Assembly: GCA_900088475.1 (NCBI GenBank)
Contig: FLMG01003327.1
Span: forward strand, 4,737 to 68,736
DNA from: Hyphochytrium catenoides
Taxonomy: Eukaryota > Protista > Hyphochytriomycota
Direction: 5' to 3'
DNA length: 64,000 nucleotides
The number at the start of each line of letters is the position of its first letter. Positions within the stretch are counted from its first letter, which is position 1. Below, one piece after another: positions 24,023-35,900 of this stretch. A model generated the notes under the pieces. That model had not been told where the DNA came from. It saw nothing but the letters and a program-made list of their open reading frames with translations, and did not search any database. A program made the position numbers and the translations under genes.

Positions 24023-27000
24023 TTCTCCTTCCAGTGGCTAGTGTTGCCTGCTGCTAGGGCGCCGGAAGTCGATTCAACTTCAGAAATGTTTGCGTGGAGA
24101 CCGACCAGGATGAGGGGTTGGCGCTGCGGCTGCTTTTTGCTTGCTTCCGAGGTGGCCAAATGCAGAGTGAACCTTTACGTAAAGAGCTTCCATCCCTATG
24201 AAGTAAGAGTAGTCAAGGGTGGACGAGACTGTGTAGGTGAAGGAGGAAGACAACATATGTAGAACGACTAAGGCTTCTTGTTAAGCACGCAACCTTGGGG
24301 AATCACACTTTTGCCGAAGCTTGCTACTTAGGGGCCATACTACCCATCAGCAGATGGGAACTGCCTGATGAAACGAAATGATCACTCCTCCTACTTCTTA
24401 TTGCCCATGGTATGCTCACATCCTTCAATTTCCCACTCCTATCGGTGCGTTCACTGTGCTCCTTCTGCATGTGTTGCTCTCTTCTCGCAGCAGTAGCCAA
24501 CCTGCTGGCACTGTCTATGCCATTTGGGGGGGCATCTATCCCTCCTTATGCTGACTAGCAAGAGCAAGCACTCCTTAGAGGTAGGACAGATCAGAGGATC
24601 TACCAGGTCCACCACGTCGTAATAGACGTATCAGATTAGGGTTAGAGTACTAATAATAACGATAACACGAAGCTGTTGCCGCCTATCAGTTTGGCTACGC
24701 TTCCTTGGCCTGCCAATAGCCACCATTCTCTTTCTCCTCCTTCTCATGCGGTCAAGAGAAAAGATGATTGGACAGCCCCCTCATCACAAAACAATGCCAT
24801 TCAATGACGATGGACCCACCATCAACAAAGTGCCTTGCCTACAAATCAGTGGACTGGCAATATCTTATCCTACGTCCTCAAGCATCACATTGATCAAGCG
24901 ATCACTAGGGCTTGTGGAGCGCTTCTCAGTCCGGACCGCCCACCTCAAAATGTAATGGGTTGAATCTTTCTAGGGTCTTACCATCATTGGAAGTGCTGGG
25001 ATTGAAGAAGAAGGGCCAAGAGAGGAATAATCAAATCTATAAATAGATCATGATGGGGTTTATACCGTGCCCCCTGCTGGTTGGTTGGCGGCGCCCACAA
25101 TGAACAAGCTTTCATAAGGGAATAGTGCAAGTCAGAAGAGCAGACTCTATTCTCCTCCTTCCAAGCCTACTAAGTCGACATCATGTTCCAACCCTTAGTC
25201 TCTCCCGCCTGATTGATCTGCAGCGAAGGGTCTGATAAGATTGTGGGCAACATCGAACACGCAATGGCTACCGTAGTAATAAAGAGCAACATAGGCAACC
25301 AGTCAAAGTCAGTGATCGGAAGACGAAGAACGAGGAGGAGGGGCCTGACGACGAGTGAGGAGGCCACCGTCGTCCCTCAAGCCAAAGCACCAGCACAGGC
25401 GTGGGCTCCGTCTGATGATGATGATGGCGATCGTGCGTTGTGCCAAGTGGACCTCTTCCTTACTGCAAATGGAGGGAAGCTGGCAGCAGAGGCTCTCTGC
25501 ATGGTTAGTGCACTAGTAGGTCTGAGAAGGAGGAAGAGAGGAAGGGGGTGGATGTTGTTCGTTTCAGTTCTCATATGCTTCTAATCCAGGAGGACTTCTG
25601 GGGAGTCCCTGATAACCTTTGAATGACTTACAGTATATACATTTGATGATGAGCTGCTGCTGCTGCAGTAGGCTGAGCTGATGGCTCTACCAGTAGTAGT
25701 AACTCATAGTCAACAATGAGGAGATTATGCAGATCTGCATCAGATGCCAACAAGAAGTCATCATGAAGATTAGTCTTATTGGTCAGTGCATCTAGTAGCT
25801 ATTACTGGCCTTATGCGTCCATGATGCACGCAGCACCAGCATTGCTATCGCCATACATGCTGAAGGACAGACAGTATGTAGTGCCCTCTACTTACTGTTA
25901 TACTAATCAAATCATTTGAGTTATTAGATGATGGTCTCAACCTCCTCCTCAACTCTTCTTCTTGGGCCATGATGTAAGTAGTTGGTGGTGCGTGGCGGCT
26001 CCTCTGGCAAGGTGCGGCCTTTCTCCTTCCCTCGTTGATCGTCGGTCCCTTTCTCGTTATTAAGGCTGACGCGACGAGGAGGTCGCATGGAGTGGCAGAG
26101 GAGGAGGAGGAGGCCACACCACCACCATAATACGTTGCTTGTTTTTATTTTCTGTGCTGCCTCTTCATCTTCTTCTTCTTCTCTTTTGTCTCAGTTCTTC
26201 CTCTTCTCCTGCTAGCCTTTCGCCTTTCTTCATCTTCCTTCTTCTTCTCCTTTCGCCTCAATTTTCCTCTTCTCCTGCTCGCGTTGCGTCCTTCGTCTTC
26301 CTTCTCTTTTGTCTGATAGAGTCCCCAGCTTTCTTTGTTCAGTCTTCTTTCGCAATAGCATAACAGATAGAACCAAATGCTTTATCCCTACTATCAACGG
26401 TGATAAATGGAAACAGGAGGGAGGGCAGTGGGAAGGAAATCATATTCGGTATAGCGGTAAGATCTCCTCATAGCGCCAAACGATTGCAGCCAAAGACAAT
26501 GCACGGATGGTATGATTAACCGGTGGAAGTTGTAACGCTTGGCAATCGAAGAAGAGGAGAAGACTGCCTGCTGGTCATTGCAGCTTCTCGCTTGCGAAGG
26601 GAACTCCTCGCCATTCATCAGTGTGATCAAAAGACCAGTAACCATAGGAGGACTACACTGCTTCTTCCCATATTTTTTGATACTCTGCTGAAGACTATGA
26701 GCATTTTTACTAGCTCAAGTAATATCATCACATTGTAATTGGCGTTTGCCGTCCATCATTCCTATTCTACTCGTTGTACCTACAGCTTCCTAAGTAAGCT
26801 CGGGTGGTCAACTTCTGGTATTAATGAGCCGATTTGTCCAAGGCTAGCTGCTACTTCGCTACAGCCAAAAACTATATACACCTACAAGACAATTCTGTAC
26901 GCCCTCCTTCTGTGAAGACAAGAAGGGAGAGCAGGAGGAACAGGTCCTCCGCATCTCCCGATCCTTCTAATAATCTTGCAACAGGGGAAGAGAGTGAGAG

Positions 27001-27072
27001 GTCTCGGAGCAAGTTTACCAATCAACCAGAGACAATGTTGTTACGTGGACTATTACTTTCGTAAGCGTGGAC

Positions 27073-27364
27073 TTCCTGACAGTCGGGCCGTCTCCTCGGA
27101 GGTTAAGAAGGTGGTAAACGACGGATTCACCATCATTCTTAGAGAAAGATGAAAAGAGAGTAGAAGAAGTTCCTGACATTCGGGCCGTCTCCGGAGCTTA
27201 AGAAGGTGGTAAACGACGGATTCTTCACCATCATTCTTAGAGAAAGGTGAAAAGAGAGTAGAAGAACTTCCTGACATTCAGGCCTTCTCCTCCGGGGTTA
27301 AGAAGGTGGGTAACGACGGATTCACCATCATTCTTAGAGAAAGTTAAAAAGAGAGTAGAAGAAG
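27073..27364. repeat. Tandem repeat, 3 copies of a 97-98 bp unit
   Basis: Units start at TTCCTGAC (27073, 27170, 27268) and share TTAAGAAGGTGG.TAACGACGGATTC..ACCATCATTCTTAGAGAAAG..AAAAGAGAGTAGAAGAA with few substitutions/indels. Confidence 0.95.
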
Positions 27365-28464
27365 AGAACGAGCAACGGTAAGGAGGACAGGACTAGGAGG
27401 GGCAATGACTTGATAATAATAATAATAACCATCATCATCAGCGCCGACGATGGACGCCGGTGTTTGTATTTGACAAGCCACCAGAATAGGTTCTCCCCCC
27501 CAACGGAGACTACCACCAACAAGTAACTTACAGCTTATTAATAGTTGACAGAGGGAGCGCTGCCGCCGCCGGCCGGCCATCATCGAGCCGACAATGAAGA
27601 AGAAGAAGCGACAACAACAACAACAAACAAAAGCCCACTATTATCCTTCAAACGAACAGCTGGCTCTTTTGCTGCTGCTGATTCAAGAAGAAGTAAGAAG
27701 ACCTTCAGTATCTGTAGACAAACAAGTATGGACTAAGCTAACAAAGAGTAGTAGATGGTCAATATAGGGCAGCAGGGCAGCATCTCTCCAGTCTGTGACG
27801 ATGATGACAAAACCAAACTGCCGACGAAGAGCGGAAGCGACACTCCCACTTTCTCCCTCCCTCGGCGTTTACAACGCTGGTTCTGACTCTTCTTCAGAAT
27901 ACATTCACATTAGTGCTACCTATTCCTGACATGCACGCCAAGTAGGCCGAATCCTAAATCAACAGAGCAATATGACACCCAAATATCTCCAGATAATAGT
28001 CCGCTAACTTGTTAAGAGGAGCATTGTATTATTTACCGTGATAAAGAGTACAGTAACTCTGAAGAGACCATTATCTATGGCCAATAAAAAGCAGAAAGGC
28101 GGAGTTGTGCGCCAGCCATCATCAACTCTTTCTGACTGTCCCTTGTTCCGAACCTCAGGGCGCTGGCTCTCAGCAGCAAAGATTGTATGGCAGCTCCATC
28201 AGCAGCAAGCAGTCAGCACTCGGCACAAGCAGATCATTCTCCCTTCCACGGCCTGCCTAACCAGCACGTAAGATTCGCCCGCTCTCGGAGTTGCCGGTAG
28301 CCTGAGTGAAGCCTTCCTTTATTGAGACTTGGTAAGTGAGAGGTGGTAGAGTCCTATAATCCTTTCTTCGCACCAGCCAGAAGATCCTTGACGTGCGCCG
28401 TTCTAGTAGCTGGCTGACCCTCGCTTTCGTGCTCTCTGGCTATTGGCTCTTTAGTTTAGACATC

Positions 28465-29658
28465 ATGAACGTGGCCAGATCTATAGCAAGAATCTCCTGC
28501 CGCCGCGGGGTGCCTAAGTCCGCGAGCAACCCTGTCCGAGCTGGCGCGCGTAGGCCAATTACCACTGCTGCTAAGGACTCCAACAAGGGTCGTGGCTTCA
28601 ACTGGCGGTAGGAACCGTGATTGATGACCAGCACTGCTTTTCTCCTAACGACACCAATCTGTTCTCCAGTACTGGACTGGGTGTTGCTGCGGCTGGACTC
28701 GGATGCGGAGGAACGATCGCTTTAGCTGCTGCAGAGCATGAGGGAGAGAGCGGCGTAGTTAGAATCTCGGTATATGACGTGGACCTGGGCAACAAGTACC
28801 CGGAAATAGTCCCCTGTTTCATCGAGGTGTCTCAGGGCTCCAGGAACAAGTATGAGTGGGACAATGAGCTTGGGTTTCTGAAGCTCGACCGCATCCTCCA
28901 CTCCGCTGTCTTCTATCCTCACAACTACGGCTTCATTCCACGCACACTTTGCGGCGATGGCGATCCCCTGGATGTCCTCATTATTGGTGGCGGTGCAATC
29001 CTGCCAGGTATGGCGCTGGCAGCTGGTCAAGGCCGTCTCCCTTCTATGCTACTCTCTACTTCCCGGCGTTGGCAGCCTCTCCTCTATGCCTCTTGGTTCA
29101 CCCTTACGCCTTGCTAAATCCTCCATGCCATGGTAGTGCTACCCATACCCTGTGTCGCTTATGTTTCCCTTACTTTTTTGTTATCTTTGCTAGTCTTGAA
29201 TTATTACGATTATCCTTTTGTCGCTTGTCCCTTGCCACCACCTCTTGGCATCGTGTCCTCCTCTAGTGGCGGTGCTGCTGTGCCTAACTCACTCTTCTGC
29301 AATCATCTGCGGTTGGGTGTTGCTTTGTTATTCAATAGGTTCCTGGGTAGATGCCCGTCCAATTGGGTACATGGTCATGGAGGACGAGAAGGGATTTGAT
29401 GAGAAGGTTCTGGCTGTCGCTTGCAAGGACCCACGTTATAACGACGTGCAAAGCCTGGATGACGTCCCAAGCCACACTCTGCAGGAAATCGCACAATTCT
29501 TTGAGACGTATAAGGCCCTAGAGAGAAAGAAGTGGGTCAAGGTGGGAGGCTGGAAGGGCACGAGAGACACGTACAAGCTGCTAGAGGAGACTCACAAGAA
29601 CTTCCTTGAGGCCAAGCAGACTTACAAGGAGGGCAACATCCCGTACTCAAAGAATTGA
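28465..29658 (+). CDS. ppa: Soluble inorganic pyrophosphatase (family I, prokaryote/plant type) with an N-terminal mitochondrial-type presequence (exons 28465-28607, 28670-29007, 29339-29658; 266 aa)
   Basis: [46 protein letters not shown] (DxDPxD motif), [23 protein letters not shown]. Arg-rich N-terminus [15 protein letters not shown]. Confidence 0.95.
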
Positions 29659-29989
29659 GAGCCTTTATAGCAGCTTAGAGACCCAGAGCGTACGTGAGAG
29701 AGTAAGAGAGAGACGTTAGCGAGAGGGTTGCAGACTACGGAGCATTGACAGATGTATAGCTAAGTTTGCAGCAAGAATATAGCCTAGTAACCTTGATGAT
29801 GACCTTAAGAAACGGCTTTTGACAGTTATGGAAGAGTGGGCCTTGTGGTTCAACGGCATCGTTTCTTATGGATGAAGGAGTTAGCTAAGTCGAAGCAGCT
29901 TAGCAGTCATTGTCCTTCCGAGAGCTCCTTGTCGCCTGCCTGGCCTGACAGCAGTCGCTTATGGCTGGCTCTAAAGTAGGCGTTACCGG

Positions 29990-32900
29990 GTGTGTCGATG
30001 CAAATCCCTTGAATCCCTTGAAGTAAGGAGCTGTTGTTCCACTTTTCTGCTGAATGTCTTTCAAGATGCGCAGGATGATGGGGACCATGCCGATGCCGCC
30101 ACACTTGCCCACACTTTGACGGCTGCCACCGCGGTACTGCACCTCCATCTTGCATTCTGTCCAGCTATAGCGCTTGGACGAGAGCTCGACCACCGCGGGT
30201 TACAATGGGGCTGCCGAGCTCCAACGGTGCTAAATGGTGAGGAGGACAGAGCATCTCACGCAATGACTGAGAAGTTCAACTCCCGTTCCAACGTCGCCCA
30301 ACGCTTGGGCTGGGCGTTTGTGTTGCCTTGCTCTCTTCCCAACGAGGGTGGTGATGACTGCAGGAGCTCCACTACGGATGATGATCCTTGGGCAAACACT
30401 CTCAGGGTTATGGTAGGAAGGCGAAAACGTACAATGACACAAGCATCGATTTGACTCTCTCCTCCACAGCTCTCCAAGGCAGAGGCCGATGCCTTAGGAA
30501 TGCAAGGTACTCAGAGCCCGCAGCCCTGCGACCCGTAGCTGCACTAGTACAGTCATGATCCTTAATTGACTTTCGGCCATGGCCTTGACACTGATAGCGT
30601 GCTGTCCTCTAATCGTGCGACCGGCGCATTGCCTCCACCTCTTTCACTGGCATGGCTGTGTCAGCCTCCTTTCATTCGCACTCATTTGTCATTTGTCATC
30701 GCTTCGATTGCACGCAGAGTATATTTGTTGCCCTGAAGACGGTGACTACAAGGAATTTTTAGTAAGGGCGGTCAGGAAGTCCGGACAAGGAAATAGACTG
30801 GAGTAGGTTATGTTGTGGCCTTTTATTTTCATTTTGCTATGCTGTCAGGGGCTCAGGGGCTCGGTGGCCTTGAATGTTGTCCGGCACATTCCCCTTTCAT
30901 CTGTCATCTATTTGCTTCTGTCTCTGTTGCGCCTTGTGATGGTTAGTCTATGAAACTCCCGCTCCATAGTTTCTTCCCAGCTGGTCACCGCACCTTTGTT
31001 TACGGTTTCATGGTTCCTGTTGCCACCTCCGCTGGCCCTGGGATCTTTGCACTCATTACTATCTCGTTGCACCCCGACTTGGTCCTCGACTAACAGTAAA
31101 TCCATGTTCTGTTTCATATAAGCGCTCGACATGTCTCCGTTACGGAGCCTGAAGAGGACGAGACGCACTGCAAAGAAAAAGATGGGAGCCAGAACAGCTT
31201 TAGTGTAGAGTCCTATCTGGAAAATGTTCTGGCTATGCCAAGCAGCAAGTCTTTGGTGCTTCCGCCTCGACCAATCTTCCAAGTTTCCGGTCGCAATCAA
31301 AGCCCACAGACAACCCAGGTAATGCACTCGATTAAGTGCTTAGATGGGTTCGGCTTTACAAGCAAAAGCTAATGTGCTCATATATGGGGCCGTCCAACCC
31401 TATCCTTGAGCAGGATCAGGTCTTTTGGATCATGGATAGACTCTACGAGTTGCGAGAGGAAGCCTCTGGATCAATAAAGAAGGCTCCGACGTCTGCAGCA
31501 CCAAGTGAGTGACCACTCCGCTATGAATCTTGCGGGCATGAGAAGATCGACTTACCTGGTATTGGCAAGGTCTCGCATACATCGTAACAAGTTGCAGGCA
31601 CCCGAACCTTTTACCTCTAAAGCTCTTGCTAGAGGATGAATCACTTCTGTTTCTCGTGGCTGATAGGCCTGCTGTCACCTTCGGAGAGCTTCTAAAGGCA
31701 CATCGCCACTGTCTTGGGCTGGGATTTAGCGAGAGCTTTGTAAGATCCTGTCCCTTAGCTAACCTTTATTCAGAAAGCTGTACTAAACCTTACTCACTAC
31801 TGCCCTCTGTTTTGCTACTCAAACTCATGGCCCTCTTTACTGCTGGTGGGATCAGGGCCAGGGCCTAAGCACAGACTTACGGATCAGGTTCATACTTTAC
31901 CAGCTGCTAAAAGCCGTGGCCTTTGTCCGTCGACAAGGCCTACGCTTGAGAGAACTGACGCCTGGTAGGCTTGGTGTACGTTCTGTTATCTGGCGTGGGC
32001 TTCATACCTCTCTTTCCTTACGTCTCTCATTATAAGTCTCATCTCTTCTCTCTTTGCTCTTTCTTGGTAGTTTTTTCCTTTATTTGCTGTCTCGCTTCAT
32101 GTTTGACCCTTTCTTCGTTTAGATTGCCTTTTCTTGACGGAAAGGCTGTGGCTGCAACTCGATTGGACATCCTTGCTAAATAAGAGCCAAATGCCAGAAG
32201 CTAAGCGAGACCCGTTCCATAGCAAAAGCTACACTTGGGAAAATGACCTGCGAGAGATAGGGGACTTGCAGAGCCGAGAAACAGGAGGCGTTGCGCCAAT
32301 AGATAGGTTTCTTGAGCGATGGTCTTCCGACAATATGACCTCTAGGTGGTGTCGTGGGGAAATCTCCAACTTTGAGTACATCATGGCGATTAACAAAGCT
32401 GCTGGACGCACAATGGTGGGTTTAATTATATCCCGTTACTCTTCCTCTTGTGCCCCACACATGTTCCCAGAATGTTCGGTAGACGTCCTCAGGGCGGTCT
32501 GTTAAGCTTTAGTCAAAGGCACCACCCGTATGTTTCCTATTGCATCCTCCTTTGCCTTTTTCGTGCTCTTTCCTCGACTCTTTGTTCAATCTGACAGTGC
32601 TTCACGTGCCAGGCGAGTAGTTCCTTCCATCCTGTGCTCCCTTGGGTCACAGACTTTACGGTCCCTTTTGGCGGCTGGAGGGATCTCCACCGAAGCAAGT
32701 TCCGTCTAAATAAGGGGGATCAGCTCCTAGATAGGCTCTACGAGCATGCGCACATACCTCATCATATCACCGAGAGGTGAGTAGCTATCATGAACCCTTG
32801 TAGACATTCGTTTTGGCAAGCCTCTGTAGTATTGTAAGAGACGATATGCTGCCCTAACTGCTCGCAACTTGTAGCTTGTCCGAGATCACATACTACATCT

Positions 32901-35900
32901 ACACCGCAAGGAGAACCCCTATGAAGGTGCTGCAGAAGGTGGTTCGGGCCAACTTTGAGGGTCGGGAGTATCCTGGGACAATAGAGAGACTGTACGAGTG
33001 GACTCCGGATGAGGTAGGCCCATTTAGAGCCGTATTTGGACTTCTTGTATGATCTGTCTGTACCCGGCACTTGGTCCGTGTAAGCATCTGTTCCTCATTT
33101 CTCTGGATGTTTAAGTAGGTGTTGTCCTACAAATAACGTGCTTAATTGCAACCATACACTGATGCTCCTCCTTCTTTTGGCTCAGTGCATACCGGAGTTT
33201 TACTTCGATCCAGATGTCTTCAGGTCGAAGCATGAGAACCTCTCAGACCTAGGCATTCCCAGCTGGTGCCAGACTCCAGGTACGGCGCGAAGAGAGTAGA
33301 GTGGAGAGACAAAAGGAAGGAGAAAAGAAGAAGAGGAGAACAAGAGAGAGAGACAGAGACAGAGAGAGAGAAAGAAAGAAAGAGCGGGAGAGAGATAGAG
33401 AGGGAGAACCCTAGAAAGCTAGCAGAGAAGCGAAGTGCCAGAAGACTACACGGGAGAAAAGTGAGGAAGAGACCGTACTAAAGTTATCTTCCTTCTGGCA
33501 CCCAAAGAGTTGATCGTGACTGTTGATGGTTCAGCTATGCTGGGAGTTGCCTAATAGTGATTGCTTTACTCGCTTCTGCAGAGGAGTTTGTTTACTATCA
33601 TCGGCGGATGTTGGAGAGTGAGACCGTGAGCCGTAATCTTCATCACTGGATCGATCTTAACTTTGGCTTTGCCCTTTCTGGAGCGGCTGCTAAGCAGAAT
33701 AAAAACATTCCTTTCCCCTTTCGTAAGAGAGAAAGGTAAGATGCTCCGATTGGTAGTGATAGCCTCCCAGCACATTGATCGCTACGCTGTCAGGGGGTGG
33801 TTGTCCGTGGATGTGAGATCATATACTGTTGTTTGGCACTTTGATTCCCACCTTATGCTCCAAAAGGAGTGCCAACTATTTAGCAGTGTCTCTCTTTGCT
33901 CATAGCTGGAAGCTCAGAAAGCGACCAGGCTTCGTTCAAATTTTCCAAAAGCCTCATCCAAGGCGTGAAAAGAGGGCAGGAGTATCGCTGTGGCCAGACG
34001 GTAGAGGTAGGGACTATGGATTTTTTAGAAGAGATGATCGACTAAGGTGGTGCTATTGATGGATAGTTGCACGAATGACTGCAGAAGAAAGTCCGGATGA
34101 TAGCCCCACTTTCAAAAAACTCCCTCCTGTCATTGACATAACAACGCCCTCGGCATCCCATCACCGGTATGACACTGTTTACGTAGCAGCAATCCTAGCG
34201 AGCGGTGCTTCGACGTCTTGCACAGTGTATCATCCATCCCTTTTGGCTAATTTTAGACCTCAGTCACCCTAACCCTGCTTCCATCGTACCAGATCTCCGC
34301 CCAACCGTTTCGGAGTTTCTACGGTCTCAGACTACTCTCAAGCCGTGTCTGAAGCTGTACATCAGCTTACCCCCTCACCCTCGTCCCCTGTACTAGCTTT
34401 CATGTCTAGCAGAGATCCGCCTTCCTTCAGGCATAGTGACGAATTATCAAGATCCGACCTTACTCTTCTGGCAGGTGACAAGAAGGCAGACGCAACTGAA
34501 AGTCATGGAGGACGAGAGACAGCAGGTGAGGTAGTTCTAAATGACTCTGCCGTTAGTCGCTCTATGTGGTTCGAAGTTGTCCTACTTCTTCCAGGTCATT
34601 ATCTGTCCATTCTGCTGCACACTCCCTGCTTGCTACCAGCCATGCTAAAGCGGCCCGATCCCTTTTCAGCAGGATTAAGGGCATCCATACACTCAAGCCA
34701 TCCGAGCCACAGCCATACGCATACAGGGGAACGAGAGAGAGAGAAGGGTAGCCCTTTCAATGTAGGGTTCCTAGCTCCACTTCTGCCGGGCTACCACCAC
34801 TTCTATGTAGTGAACAGAGAATGCTTGCTATCTCCACAGTCTCTCTGTGTTTCGCTTCCCTCGTGCCCTACCTGATTGTCCTAGCGTACGTTCTCTTGTT
34901 CCTCATTCTCCGTTACGCTCGACTTTATACCAGCTCCGTGGAAAGTTTTCTGGCACCACACCGACCAGCTCTCAGACTAGCCAAGGAGGGCCTACGGCAA
35001 ACACTTCAAACTCTTCTTCGTCTCCGTCTTATCAGGGTATGAGCTAGATGTATTTGATAGTCCCATGCATGACTTGCATACACCTTCCTCGGCTCCCTTC
35101 GCATGTGCCTCCCGTATCTCGTTCCCTGCCCTCCCTTTGTCGCTTAAACCCTCGTTAGCCGTCGTCCTGTTGACATCTTGCCTGTAATAAGACAAGAACC
35201 TTCTCAAGAGCTGGCTCGTAAATACCGCCAGACTGGAGCATCACGTGAGCCAGGTATCGTTTGGGTGGACGGTCACTGTCTTAATATGCCATCAAGTCCT
35301 TATCTAGAATTACTCATACCTTTAGGTTTGCTCGTTGCATCGATCAGCTCTTTCTTCCACAAAGCAAGTCACCTTGACTCTACATGTTTGTTATCACTTC
35401 ATTAAGGAGCCCGAGCGGTCAATCTCAATACCTGAAAGACTTAGCAAGAGTGACAGAGGAAAAACGAGTCCGGGAGGCCCAAATGCCCAATGCCTGTTAA
35501 ACATTCCTCGAGATGCCTCTCCAATTGCGCTGTCGTCAAACTCATCGCCGCTTGTAGCCGTGAGAATTCATCTGCCAAAGCAAGAACTGGAAGGGGTCAG
35601 GTAAGAACCAGAGCATGGAAGGTTAAGAGGGAGGGAGAATTGTTTACCTGCCCACTTTGAGCGTTTAGAAGGGTTACCAAGTAATGATGGCTAACGTACA
35701 CAAAGATTGGACCAGGTAGCTCCGGAGGTTCCGGCCTACGGCAACATGGTGGAACCAATGTTAAACCCGATCTACTCTCCTATGCAAGTGATGGAAGATG
35801 TTGAAGGGATACCAGGAATGAAGAAGGAAGAGAGAAGCGAGTTCGAAGAGGATGAAGCTTTCTCTGTTGGCTGTTTGCTAGCTGAGATGTACCTAGGTCG

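Noticed and set aside
27073-27364. Repeat considered as a CRISPR array
   Set aside because: Units are contiguous with no unique spacers, there are no cas genes, and the context is eukaryotic.
31550-31560. ACTTACCTGG, identical to the U1 snRNA 5' end
   Set aside because: It is followed by an acceptor and a WDR81 exon; no U1 stem-loops or Sm site seen.
33266-33481. R/E/K-rich ORF
   Set aside because: It is a GA-rich intron between two in-frame BEACH exons.
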